A DNA stretch of 64,000 nucleotides from an uncultured virus (IMG/VR IMGVR_UViG_3300022661_000087) (taxonomy: Duplodnaviria; Heunggongvirae; Uroviricota; Caudoviricetes). The translations under genes and the position numbers were made by a program. The DNA lies in IMG/VR virus record IMGVR_UViG_3300022661_000087. One strand, 5' to 3'. Positions 17,711 through 29,082 of this stretch are shown in pieces; the stretch's first letter is position 1, and each line of letters opens with the position of its first letter. The notes under the pieces are model-generated. The model was not told the DNA's origin. It worked only from the letters and a program-made list of their open reading frames with translations, and ran no database searches.

Positions 17711-17881
17711 TTGCGCCTCTTTGCCGGGGCTGGCAATACCTTTGCTGTGTGCGCTCGCCGCGACGCAGACTATAGACTTTGTGTTTTTCCCCAGATGTGA
17801 ATAAAACCCCGGGGCCTATTTCGGGAAAAAAATTTTTTTGCCCAGACAAAACGCTTTTGTCTGGGCATTATAATCTTGAAA

Positions 17882-18646
17882 TCAATTTTCAATTTCGGAA
17901 AACGATAATTCTGGGAAAAAAGATAATAGGTACCCTATTGTCAAATTATTATACTCAGTATATGGTATTCTAATAAGACGAATATTATTTTCCTTACACC
18001 ATTGATTTTTTCTTGTATCACGCTCTTGTTGAATTTTTAACTGTTCTTCTCCACCCCATAATTCAACAGCTTCAAAATGTTGCTGACCATCATATTCAAT
18101 CAATCCCAATAATTTACCATCTTTAAAAATGGCGAAATCAAATGGTGATAAAATATTGAACTCTTTAATCCTATACTGTGTTTGAAAATCAATACCTGCT
18201 TTTACCAATAGCTGAGTAAGTTTTATTTCTCCGCTGGATTGAGAAGCGCATCCACAAGAAATAGTACGATTATGAAATTGACCTTTTAAATGCTCAACTC
18301 TGACATCAATAATGTTACCACACTCGCACTTACATTTAACATAACTGTGATTACCTTTTGATTCAGCTCTATCTATAATTTCTAATAAGCCAAATCTATC
18401 TCCTTTATGCCAAGAAATTAAACCTCTTTCTTCTGCTTTTTGTCTAATCTTTTCTCCTTTGCATTTATTACAACATTCACTTTTTCCATTTACTAAGCTA
18501 TCTCTTGAAACACTAATTACTTCTCCACATAATCCACATTTACAAAACCAAAATGTTGAATGCTGCTTAGAAGTTGGATGATAATCTCTTTCAATAACTT
18601 CCCATTCTCCAAATTTCATACCTGGTATAATTTTTAATGGTGGCAT
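17882..18646 (-). CDS. Putative homing-type endonuclease (Cys-rich repeats plus PD-(D/E)XK/DUF2726-like domain)
   Basis: Two FG.(W/L)..I...CKC.CG...SCG(C) repeats; C-terminal FDFAI...IEYDGQQHF. Confidence 0.75.
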   Translation of the reverse strand: MPPLKIIPGMKFGEWEVIERDYHPTSKQHSTFWFCKCGLCGEVISVSRDSLVNGKSECCNKCKGEKIRQKAEERGLISWHKGDRFGLLEIIDRAESKGNHSYVKCKCECGNIIDVRVEHLKGQFHNRTISCGCASQSSGEIKLTQLLVKAGIDFQTQYRIKEFNILSPFDFAIFKDGKLLGLIEYDGQQHFEAVELWGGEEQLKIQQERDTRKNQWCKENNIRLIRIPYTEYNNLTIGYLLSFFPELSFSEIEN

Positions 18647-18769
18647 AATATTTCCTCCTTGTTTTATGCTATTATATATAATTTTCCCGAAACTCATATT
18701 TCGGGATTTTGTCCAAAGAAAAATGGGAAAATATGTTTTTATTATATTTTCCCATTTTTTAATTATTTT

Positions 18770-19294
18770 TTACGTACACGCTCTTACAGATGCCGTTTTA
18801 CCGGTTGCCACGGCCGCAGTTAAATATTCCACGACACCTTGCAAATTGTCAATACTTGTTGTATAATCATTATACACTTTTGATTCCAGTCCAGAGACCG
18901 CTGAACCGGCCTCGCCGCAAGAAATCGTAATGCTGTATCCGGGGTCTGGCTGTCCCTTTGTTGTCAAAGTATAATCGTAAGGATTATAGTCATATTCCTA
19001 TACTGTGATAGGCTCATAGATAGAATCAGCCTCGCGCATGAAATAATGCCATACATAACCACCCAGGTCTTGCGCTGTTCCTAGATAGCTCATGAACATC
19101 AACTCGTCGGGAACCATCCAGCCGGTACCCCAGGCCGCAATCTCATAGTTTCTCGCATTGCCATTTTCTTCGACGATTGCCCAGATGTGAGGCCAGCCAT
19201 TTTGCTCTTGGATATCTAGCCATTTAATTACATCCGCATGAATGGTAATTACTTCGCCATCTCTTGGCAATCTATATTTAAATATTTTCTTCAT
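18770..19294 (-). CDS. Hypothetical protein (two track ORFs joined across TAG 18998-19000)
   Basis: In-frame join EPITV*EYDYNPY. Confidence 0.65.
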
Positions 19295-19505
19295 TTTTTG
19301 CTTCCTCTTCTTCAACGTGCTTAGTTACACAAATAAACCATCTGCCATCAACAAAGGTGGTATAATAGTCCATATTGTCGCCATTTTCAATTCCAAATTT
19401 TGCTTTCAAATGAGAAGGTACGACAATTCGACTTGAACTATCAACCTTATATGGTCTGCCTTCTGGAATCAATTGCGCGTTGTTAATCCAATCACTCATT
19501 GGCAT
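19278..19505 (-). CDS. AbrB/MazE/SpoVT-like DNA-binding protein
   Basis: KVDSSSRIVVPSHLKAKFGIENGD. Confidence 0.7.
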   Translation of the reverse strand: MPMSDWINNAQLIPEGRPYKVDSSSRIVVPSHLKAKFGIENGDNMDYYTTFVDGRWFICVTKHVEEEEAKNEENI

Positions 19506-19792
19506 AATGTACATCCTCCTTCCTTATAGTAGGCACAGAACATTGTGCACTAGCCGCCGTTCTGGTCACAGGGTTTATATTTTTCTATCATCTCTTGGAT
19601 ATGCGGGCACCGCTCTACAAATCGCAAGAAATAATCATATCCATAAAGGGCAAAAATGCGGTCAGCTTTAAAAGTATCTCGTTCTACCCGATACTTCTGC
19701 GGGTCGCAGCCAATTTGCCCTAGATATGCGGCATAGCTATCTGCTTCCCACATACCTTCAACTTCTAATAAAATCAAAGTCCATTTATCCAC
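19496..19792 (-). CDS. Hypothetical protein with C-terminal Cys cluster (TAG read-through)
   Basis: CDQNGG*CTMFCAYYKEGGCTLCQ; the TGA overlaps the next gene start. Confidence 0.65.
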
Positions 19793-20597
19793 GTTTTAAA
19801 CTCACCCTTGCTTTCGCATCAATTACATTCTCCAAAAGTGCGCATCTGGTCAAAAGACCGACCCCTCCTGGAACTGGTGTTACATCTCGTCCTTCTGTAT
19901 TGAAGGCATCGCCGACAAGTCGGCTTCTGCCTTCAGCATCTGTTACAAAGTTAATGCCGACGTCAATAACAGGCACATGAATTGGGTAGCAATTTAAAAA
20001 GCCTGCTTTACCTACTGCTGTGACAATCAGGTCAGCCCCATACAAATGATGTGACAATTTTGATTTACTGTGGCAAAGAGTTACTGTCGCATCTGCGTCT
20101 GTCATCATTCTCGCCAAAGGCTTACCAACAATATTACTGCGACCAATGATTACGACGTCGCGTCCCGCAACGTCGTAATCGCAAGCACGAAGATATTTCA
20201 TGATGCCTGCGGGAGTTGCTGGGTCATAAGGACTATCTGGATGAAATCCATCAACATCCTTCAAAGGATTGATTGCGGCAACCACGACCTTCTCGCGGAT
20301 ATGAGGTGGGAGTGGTAGTTGCACTATAACGCCGTCATAGTGTTCCTGGTCGAGCTTGATATTTTCACATAGCTCATGTTCAGTAATATCCTCTGGATAT
20401 TGATAAACATCAGCAATGATACCGACCTCTTCACAATCTTTCACTTTGTTTTTGATATAACGATTTGATGCTTCTACATTTCCAACTTGGATAATTGCTA
20501 ACTTAGGTGCATCACCAATTGCGGTAATGCGGTCTTTAAATTGTTCTTTCAGTGCTTTAGTATATTCTTTAATATTTCCAAGGACCATCGTCGTCAT
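19785..20597 (-). CDS. folD: Methylenetetrahydrofolate dehydrogenase/cyclohydrolase
   Basis: VQLPLP, KDVDGFHP, GRSNIVGKP, TVTLCHS, VIDVGIN and TPVPGGVG motifs. Confidence 0.95.
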   Translation of the reverse strand: MTTMVLGNIKEYTKALKEQFKDRITAIGDAPKLAIIQVGNVEASNRYIKNKVKDCEEVGIIADVYQYPEDITEHELCENIKLDQEHYDGVIVQLPLPPHIREKVVVAAINPLKDVDGFHPDSPYDPATPAGIMKYLRACDYDVAGRDVVIIGRSNIVGKPLARMMTDADATVTLCHSKSKLSHHLYGADLIVTAVGKAGFLNCYPIHVPVIDVGINFVTDAEGRSRLVGDAFNTEGRDVTPVPGGVGLLTRCALLENVIDAKARVSLKRG

Positions 20598-20802
20598 CCC
20601 CCCACCCTTCCGGTAAAATACAGTCTAAAATTGCTTCAAGTACATTTGCGGCCGCGAATATTGGACCGCCAATAATAAAGATAATGCCTACGATTAATTG
20701 GTCTTTCCAATTTAAATCTTTACAGGCTGGTGCATATTGAATCATCACCAGGAGTGACATGATTGCCCATAAAATAGCAATAATTAATCCGCTGGTTTCC
20801 AT
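20569..20802 (-). CDS. Small two-helix membrane protein
   Basis: Two hydrophobic segments; GGAAGG RBS. Confidence 0.6.
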   Translation of the reverse strand: METSGLIIAILWAIMSLLVMIQYAPACKDLNWKDQLIVGIIFIIGGPIFAAANVLEAILDCILPEGWGDDDDGPWKY

Positions 20803-21212
20803 GTCCACATTCCTTCCCAAGGAGCATATACAACAACATTCTTAAATATTGTCGGAGTTCCAAAAGCCTCTTCAAGGATTTCATCGGGAACATCATCACC
20901 TTGCGCACCGATATATTCTCGTTCACTTTCTTTCGTACATATTGTAAAACCTACAATTTTCTTTTCATCATACATCGAAAAATCTGTAATCATCATTTCA
21001 GAATCTGAATTGAATTTAACTTGCGAGATTACTGTTGCGGGATAATATTTACCATCATATGCTTTCCCGAATTTCGCGGAAGGTTTGCCGGAGGCCATAT
21101 CTAAAGAGGCTTCAACAATATCAAAGGTGTTTTTTAGCACCCCAAGTAACCAAAAAATAAAGGCGGTTGCGCCGACCAATAAGATACTTAGGATAACGAT
21201 TGCGACAATCAT
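20784..21212 (-). CDS. Membrane-anchored hypothetical protein
   Basis: N-terminal TM helix; promoter at about 21246-21274. Confidence 0.7.
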   Translation of the reverse strand: MIVAIVILSILLVGATAFIFWLLGVLKNTFDIVEASLDMASGKPSAKFGKAYDGKYYPATVISQVKFNSDSEMMITDFSMYDEKKIVGFTICTKESEREYIGAQGDDVPDEILEEAFGTPTIFKNVVVYAPWEGMWTWKPAD

Positions 21213-21356
21213 ATATACTGCTCCTTATCTTTTATTTATATAAATATTATAACAAAAAATTTTTCTTTTGTCAAGTCGGTTGCTTCAGGTCAAATCCAAT
21301 TTATTTTATTGTCAGAATTTTTAAATATAAGTTAGGGAAAAATTTTTCGGAAAAAC

Positions 21357-21385
21357 TTGACTCAAGAAAAATTTTCTGGTATAAT
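21357..21385 (+). promoter_or_regulatory. SigmaA-type promoter opening the morphogenesis block
   Basis: TTGACT-N17-TATAAT; similar promoters at 37528-37556 and 47602-47630. Confidence 0.75.
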
Positions 21386-21413
21386 AAAAGTATGAAAGAC
21401 TGGAGGTAAAGTA

Positions 21414-22466
21414 ATGACCAAATTAAATTATACTTTAGAATCTCCAGAAGAAAGAAAATAGTTAGTCGAAAAAATTTTAGAAGAGTGTCCCAATCCTACT
21501 CCCTAGTACCTTGAGACACTTGCGGACTACCTAGTTCTTTGCATGGAGAAACAAGAGAAAAAGGAGCGTAAGCTATTAACTGAGAACCGAATGGCCACAG
21601 TCAATAAACGTGAAACTTCTTTCGAAGGTCTTGTTTCCCAACTCGAAAATGGCGAAGATGGCATTTATGGAATGATTAGTAATGATAAGAATTAGATTTT
21701 TCAACCAAAAGTAATGATAACAAAGAAAGATGTAGAAGAGATACCTGGGTTAGCACAATTAAGAGAAGCCATTAAGATGTGGGAACAGAAGTTAAAGACT
21801 ACTTCCGGGCGTGATGCTTTTATCATCAAGACTGCGATTATCGAATTACGAAAGGACCAATATATTCTTAAAGATGCCTATCGTAAACCAATAATCCCCA
21901 AAAATATCACCCGCTCGAAACACTTTATACCTTTAGAAAGCGACTTTGATTTTGACGATGAAGGTTATGTGATTCCAGAGGGTGTTTCTTTATGTGACCC
22001 GAAAGTCGTTTCAGCAATCTTATGTAACTACTCCTTAATGAAGCAAGAAAGTTGGGGAGAGTTTGAAAAGGATTTGTGGTATCTTATGTAGGAATTTGAT
22101 GAAGTTGCGGATGCAGCTTTAAAAGATTATCCTTTATATGACCGCATTTGTGAATACAAAGTTGATGGGTTGCAAAATATTGACATTCAAGAAAAACTTC
22201 AAATGGAATTTGGGATTAAACATAGTGTTGAATATATTTCAAGTTTATGGAGAAATAAAATTCCAAAATTAATAGCTTCCGAGGCGGAAGATAGATTACT
22301 TAACTGGTATTTTTTAAATGAAATGAAAGGTAAGTATAAGAAGTGCAGCCGCTGTGGAGAAATTAAATTAGCACATAATAAATATTTTAGTAAGAATAAG
22401 ACTTCAAAAGATGGCTTTTACAGTATTTGTAAAAAGTGCAGAAACTCTAAGGCCAAAAAGTCATAA
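21414..22466 (+). CDS. Putative transcription regulator with sigma-region-4-like HTH and C-terminal Zn finger (350 aa, TAG read-through)
   Basis: GGAGG RBS; fragments 21714 and 22170 in frame with ATG 21414; CSRC...CKKC. Confidence 0.65.
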
Positions 22467-22508
22467 TTCCGGCCTTGAATTTTCATTATAAGTAAAGGAG
22501 GAATTTTT

Positions 22509-23726
22509 ATGGCTGAAAGCTTTTATTGTGAAAAATGTAATCGAACAATGAACGCTGATTAGTTCTATGGGTCTAATAATACAAGTAAGTATCCAGAAGG
22601 TAAGTTGCATAAATGTAAGAAGTGTGCGACGATGCATGTAGATAATTTTAATCCAGATACTTATTTATGGATTTTACAAGAATGTGATGTTCCATATGTT
22701 CCAGAAGAATGGAACAAGTTACTGGCATCATATGGTAAAGACCGTTCTAAATTAACTGGTACGACTATTGTAGGTCGTTATCTTTCAAAGATGAAACTAA
22801 AGCAGTTTAGAGATTATCGTTGGAAAGATACTGAGTTCTTACAAGAAGTCGCAAATAAGAAAATTGAAGAAACTATGAAGCGTTAGGGATATGAAGCTGC
22901 GGAAATCGCTCAAGCGCTCGCCACGGCTAGTGTTCCGATTCCCCAAGGGGAAATTGAAATTCCTGTTTACCAGGAAACTAATGATAATCCATTCCTGTCG
23001 TCTGGAGACGACTACTTTGCGGAGCAAAGTGGAGGCCAAGACGATTTTGTGGATGATTTAACTGAAGAAGATAGAACATATCTTCGATTGAAATGGGGTA
23101 AAACCTATAAGCCAGAAGAGTGGATTAGACTTGAATAGTTATATGAAGAAATGATGCAATCATATGATATTCAAGGCGCCGGACACATTGATACTTTGAA
23201 ATTAGTATGTAAGACATCTCTCAAGGCGAATCAATTAATCGACATTGGCGATATTGAGGGCTTCCAGAAGATGAGTAAAGTTTATGACAGTTTAATGAAG
23301 TCTGGTAAGTTTACTGCGGCTCAGAATAAAGCTGAGTCTGGCGAATTTATTGATAGTATTGGTGAATTGGTTGCTCTCTGTGAGAGAGAGGGATTTATTC
23401 CTAGATATTATATTGATGAACCAAATGATAAAGTTGATAGAACATTACAAGATTTACAGAGTTATACACGCGATTTAATTAATGAAGAGACTAACTTGAG
23501 TTCTATGATTGAACACGCTCTTCGTGAAATTGAAAAAGATAAGGAAAATGAAGCTAAACTTGAGTCCGATGATGGTTCTGAGGACGAAGATGCATTTGAA
23601 GCTTCTCTATTCGAAGATAATGCTGAGAAAGTTTTACATGATGAGGACTTTACTGCTTTTAATGATTTCGAAGATGAGCTTGCGGATGATGATGAAGCTT
23701 TCTTAAAATCAATTTTAGGTGGATAA
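22509..23726 (+). CDS. Zn-finger protein, candidate terminase small subunit (TAG read-through)
   Basis: CEKC...CKKC; joins track ORFs 22605 and 23151; directly upstream of the large terminase. Confidence 0.55.
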
Positions 23727-23728
23727 TT

Positions 23729-25465
23729 ATGGCACTGCAGGATTTATTGAATTTATCACAATCTCGTAAAAAGGTTGGTCTTTCTGAAGAAAGAGTGCGT
23801 GCCATAATTCCTGTAGCCAGAGACTATGTAGCTTACTGGCGAGAATACCCAGATATGTTTATTGACTTCTTACAAGATGGTGGTAATCCAGAAGTTAAGA
23901 AGGAATTAAAATTTTATTTCTATCAACGAGTTTTCTTACGTGCGGCAATGCGATATAAATATGTTTACATGGTATTCCCCCGTGCGTATTCTAAATCTTT
24001 CCTTTCTATTATGGTTTTGATGTGCCGTTGTGTTTTATATCCAGGGGCAAAGTTATTTGTTACATCTGGTGGTAAAGAGTAGGCAGCTGGCATCGTAAAA
24101 GAAAAGGTTCAAGAAATTTGTACTCTAGTACCTGCGTTCCGTCGAGAAATTGACTGGGGTCGAGGTAAAACACTAGAGGGTAAAGACTATTGTAAATATG
24201 TCTTTAAAAATGGTTCTTATTTCGATAATATTGCGGCTCGTGAGAGTTCGCGTGGTAAGCGTCGTCATGGAGGACTAATTGAGGAATGTGTTGGCGTTGA
24301 TGGTACCATCCTTTCTGAAGTTATTATTCCTACCACTAACGTTTCTCGTAGATGTTTAGATGGAACTGTTCATCCAGAAGAGACGCTGAATAAGAGTCAG
24401 ATTTATGTCACAACCGCAGGATGGAAAAATACTTTCCCATATGATAAATTAATTACCTTACTTGTTCGTATGGTAACCGAGCCTGAAAAAGCAATTATCA
24501 TGGGTGGTACTTGGCGAATTCCTGTTTTGGTCAAATTGCTTGATGCGAATTTTATTAAAGATTTAAAGAATGACGGAACTTTCAATGAAGCTTCTTTTGC
24601 TCGTGAATATGAGAGTCGTTGGTCTGGTACTGTTGAAGATGCATTCTTTAATGGTGAGTTCTTTGATAGAAATCGTAAGTTACAGAAACCTGAATATGAG
24701 CATTCCGGCAGGAGTGCGGCGAACGCCTACTATATCCTATCAGTTGACGTAGGTCGTAAGGGATGTGACTCTGTTGTTTGTGTATTTAAGGTAACCCCTC
24801 AAGCACAAGGTCCCGCAATTAAGTCTTTGGTTAATATTTATACTTTTGCGGATGAACATTTTGAGGACCAGGCAATTAGAATTAAGAAATTATATTATAA
24901 GTATAAAGCCCGCACAATCGTAATCGACGGTAATGGTCTTGGTATTGGATTAGTTGACTATATGATTAAATCTCAAGAAGATGAAAATGGTGACTTCTTC
25001 CCAGACTTTGGTGTTGAGAATGATGAAGATGGTTATTATAAAAAATATCGAACTGCAAATACTGAGTTTGATGCTATGTATATTCTAAAAGCAAATGCTC
25101 CTATTAATACTGAGTGTCACGCAAATGCGCAGACTCAGCTACAAGCCGGTAAGGTAAAATTCCTTATTGACGAGCGTGGAGCTAAGGAAAAATTATTGGC
25201 AACTAAAATGGGACAAAATATGAAGCCTGAGGAAAGGGCAGAATATTTAAAACCATTTACCTTAACTTCCATATTAAAGGAAGAGATGATGAATTTGCGT
25301 GAAGAAAATGAAGGCGTAAATATCATCTTAAAACAAGCTAATCGTGGAATTAGGAAAGATAAATTTTCCGCTTTTGAATATGGTCTTTATTATATTAAGC
25401 AAGAAGAAGATAAAAAGAAAAAGAAAAAGAAGTTTAATGCCGCTGATTGGGCATTCTTCAATTAA
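23729..25465 (+). CDS. terL: Terminase large subunit (TAG at 24080-24082)
   Basis: PRAYSKS Walker A, SGGKE*A, LIEE Walker B, VTTAG, SVDVGR nuclease motif. Confidence 0.9.
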
Positions 25466-25476
25466 GGAGGTTGACT

Positions 25477-25833
25477 ATGAGAGCTTCGAGAGGAGAAATT
25501 AAGATTGAAGAAATCTTAAAGGAAGCTGAACTCCCCTTTAAAATGGAGTATATCTTCCCCGACTTAAAGAGCCCAAATGGTCGCCCTTTAAGATTTGATT
25601 TTGTCGTTTTTGATGATGATGGAAAAATTGATTTTATTATTGAGTATCAAGGTAAGCAACATTATGAGCCTAGTGCGAAATTCGGTGGTAAAAAAGGTTT
25701 CTTCCAACAATAGTATAATGATAATCAAAAACGACGCTTTTGTGCTTTACATGATTTTAAGTTGATTGAAATTCCATATACTGACGAAAATTTAATCTCC
25801 TATGACTATATTATGAATTTAGCAGGATATTAA
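25477..25833 (+). CDS. PD-(D/E)XK/DUF2726-like endonuclease (TAG read-through)
   Basis: SRGEIKI..LRFDF..IEYQGKQHY; homologous to the C-terminal domain of 17882-18646. Confidence 0.75.
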
Positions 25834-25847
25834 AAGGAGGTGGAGTT

Positions 25848-27503
25848 TTGGAGTTGAGTAGACAAGAAGAAATCCGTTCAAAAGGTTTTAATATGATGGA
25901 TAATCGAATTACCGAATATGGTAAGATTAAAATCAATACTAAAACTTTGGATGATGCTGTTTTAAATCTTGGCGCGATTCAAGGTGTTACCCGTGGCGTT
26001 ATTAATAAGGCTATTATTTATCGTGCTTTGATGGATAACGATGTTGTCCGTTTGCGTGAGATTTCTAATTATTTCTATAAGGCTAGCGGTATTTATCAAC
26101 GTGTTTGTAATTATGCGGCAACCATGTATAGATATGACTGGTATGTTGTACCTGAAGTATTTGACGAGGCTGCTAAGACAAATGAGAAGATTTTAACTGA
26201 TTTGAATAAAGTCCTCCATTATCTTGATAATTCTTACATCGCTAAAGTTTGCGGTGATATTGCTCTTGGAGTTGTGAAGAATGGCGCTTATTATGGCTAT
26301 ATTGTTCATAGTCCAAAAGGAGTAATCATTCAAGAACTTCCCATTAATTACTGTCGTAGTCGTTTCAACCAAGGTAATTTACCTGTTGTTGAATTTAATA
26401 TGAAATTCTTTGATTAGGCTTTTCCAGACACCACTTACCGTATGCAAGTATTGAATATGTTCCCTGACGAGTTTAAGAAAGGCTATGTCGCTTACAAGAG
26501 TGGAAAGTTGAGTAGACAGAAGTCTCTTGGTCAAGACCCAACCGTTGGTGGTTACTTGGGTAGCCGTTGGGTGGACGATTCTGGTTGGTGGATGCTGGAA
26601 CCTCAGAACACTGTGAAATTCAGTTTCGCTAATGGTGGCAATGGTGCCGCCGACATCCCTTTATTTATCAACGCTATTCCTGCAATTCTGGATTTGGATG
26701 CGGCTCAAGATTTGGACCGTAGAAAGCAAATGCAGAAATTGTTGAAAATTGTAGTCCAGAAGTTACCAATGGATAAAAATGGAGATTTGATTTTCGACGT
26801 TGATGAAGCAAGAGATATTCATAATAATGCTGTGCAAATGTTAAAGCGTGCGGTCGGCGTCGATGTGTTGACCACATTTGCAGACATTGATAGTATTGAT
26901 ATGTCAGATAAAAATACCACTACTTCACAAGATGATTTAGCTAAAGTGGAGCGTAGTGTGTTTAATGCTCTTGGTATTTCTCAGAATATGTTTAATACCG
27001 ATGGTAATTTGGCATTAACTCAATCTATTTTAAATGATGAAGCTGCTTTACGCACATTATTATTACAATTTGAGATTTTCTTTGATAGAATCACTCAATC
27101 ATTGAGTGGGGCAAAGAAGAAATATAACTTCAGATTATATATGCTGGAAACCACACAATATAATTATAAAGAGTTAGCTAAGATGTATAAAGAACAAGTC
27201 CAAATGGGATATTCAAAAATGTTACCCCAAATTGCGTTGGGTCACTCCCAGAGCTTTATCTTAAATACTGCTTACTTTGAGAATGAAGTTATGAAGTTGA
27301 GTGAGATTATGATTCCTCCTCTAATGTCTTCTACTATGAAAATGGAAGATTTAAAAGGTGGGGGCAATTCTAATTAGACTCAAACAAATAAAACTCAAAC
27401 TAATACAGGAGGATAGACTTCTGAGAAATCTGCGGGCCGTCCGGAAAAACCAGACTCCGAGAAATCTGAAAAGACTATCCAAAATAAAGAATCTATGAGC
27501 TAA
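25848..27503 (+). CDS. Portal protein (551 aa, TAG read-through)
   Basis: Position after terminase, size, low-complexity C-terminal tail with GRP motif. Confidence 0.75.
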
Positions 27504-27516
27504 GGAGGAGATTAAA

Positions 27517-29055
27517 ATGCCAATGCATACAAGTATTAAATTGGACACACCTGTTGAATTTATCAATATCACTCCTCTTAATCCTTTGATTTCTAAATGT
27601 CAAATTAAAGTGTGTTATGTTGGTGATGAACCAAATCGTAATAGAAGTATTATTACCAAGGAGACTGCTAAACAAATGGCAAACTCCCTCCCCGGCTGCC
27701 CTATTGTCGGATTTTATAATGAAGAAAAGGGCGACTTTGAGGAGCATAACCGCATTATTGATATTTCAAATGGTAAGTTTGAAATTAAGGATACAACTAG
27801 ACCCTATGGATTTGTTGATTTAAATGCTAAGGTTTGGTTTCAAAAGTTTTTAGATGATGGAATGAATGAGCGTGAATATATGATGACTGAAGGCTGGCTA
27901 TGGACTGGTCAGTATCCCGAGTGTCGTAGAATTTTATCCCAGGGTAATAATCATTCTATGGAACTCGATGAAGACACAATTGATGCACATTGGTCAAAAG
28001 ATGGTAATGGAGAACCTAAATTTTTCATTATCAATGAAGCAATTATCTCAAAACTTTGTACATTGGGTGTGAATAATGAACCTTGCTTCGAAGGTTCTAC
28101 TATTGGTGCCCCTGTAATTCAATTCGCTTTTGCTGATGGTTTTAAAGAGCAAGTATTCTCTATGATGAACGAATTGAAAGAATTACTAAATAAAGGAGGA
28201 GAAAAAGTGTTTACTAGATACGCTGTTGAAATCGGTGACGCTTTGTGGACCGCTCTTTATAGCCATGTAGAAGGTACTTACGGCATTGAGAGTGTCTGTG
28301 AAGACGAGGGACAGAAGCTATTTGCTGTTCTAACTGCCGATGAAAAGTACTATCGTCTTGATTTCTCCGTTGCCGAAGATGGCTCTGTTGTGTTTGCGGC
28401 CGAGGCTCAGTTATTGGAGGATTATACTCCAGCTGAAGAGCCACAGTTCGACGCAGCCGCAGTTGCTGAATATGCTAAGTCAAAGAAGGACGAGGGTAAG
28501 AAGCCCGAGGACGACGATGATGAGGGCGGCGAAGAGGAAAAATGCCCTAAGTGTGGAAAGAAGAAGTCCGAGTGTGAGTGCGAGGATGACGACGATTCCG
28601 ATGATGAGGACGAGAAAAAGAAAAAGCAGGGCAAAAAGGAAAAATACAATCTTGAGGAAATTCAAGAATATGTAGAGCTAAGCAATAAATATTCTGCTTT
28701 AGAGACTGATTATGCTAATGCACAGTCCACTATCACTACTCTACAGAGCCAGCTAAATGAGTTGACTACTTTCAAGAAGGGTATTGAGAAGGCAGAAAAA
28801 GAGAAGATGATTGCAAGTTTCTATATGCTTTCTGATGAAGATAAGAAAGATGTCGTAGAAAATATTGACAAATATTCTCCAAAAGAAATTGAAGCAGAGC
28901 TTTCTATTTTATGTGTTCGCAACAAGGTCAGTTTCAACCTTGATGATGATAAGAACGATGGCAAAGACCCAATGACCTTTAGTTTAAATGGTGGCATGAA
29001 TGATGATGCTCCAGCTTGGATTAAAGCTATTCGTTCTGTTGCGAGTGAAATGTAA
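27517..29055 (+). CDS. Prohead protease/scaffold protein
   Basis: NRNRS..H..SME..CTLG..PCFEG N-terminal domain; acidic and coiled-coil C-terminal part. Confidence 0.75.
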   Translation: MPMHTSIKLDTPVEFINITPLNPLISKCQIKVCYVGDEPNRNRSIITKETAKQMANSLPGCPIVGFYNEEKGDFEEHNRIIDISNGKFEIKDTTRPYGFVDLNAKVWFQKFLDDGMNEREYMMTEGWLWTGQYPECRRILSQGNNHSMELDEDTIDAHWSKDGNGEPKFFIINEAIISKLCTLGVNNEPCFEGSTIGAPVIQFAFADGFKEQVFSMMNELKELLNKGGEKVFTRYAVEIGDALWTALYSHVEGTYGIESVCEDEGQKLFAVLTADEKYYRLDFSVAEDGSVVFAAEAQLLEDYTPAEEPQFDAAAVAEYAKSKKDEGKKPEDDDDEGGEEEKCPKCGKKKSECECEDDDDSDDEDEKKKKQGKKEKYNLEEIQEYVELSNKYSALETDYANAQSTITTLQSQLNELTTFKKGIEKAEKEKMIASFYMLSDEDKKDVVENIDKYSPKEIEAELSILCVRNKVSFNLDDDKNDGKDPMTFSLNGGMNDDAPAWIKAIRSVASEM

Positions 29056-29082
29056 TAAAAACTAAAAGGAGGAAATATAGAA

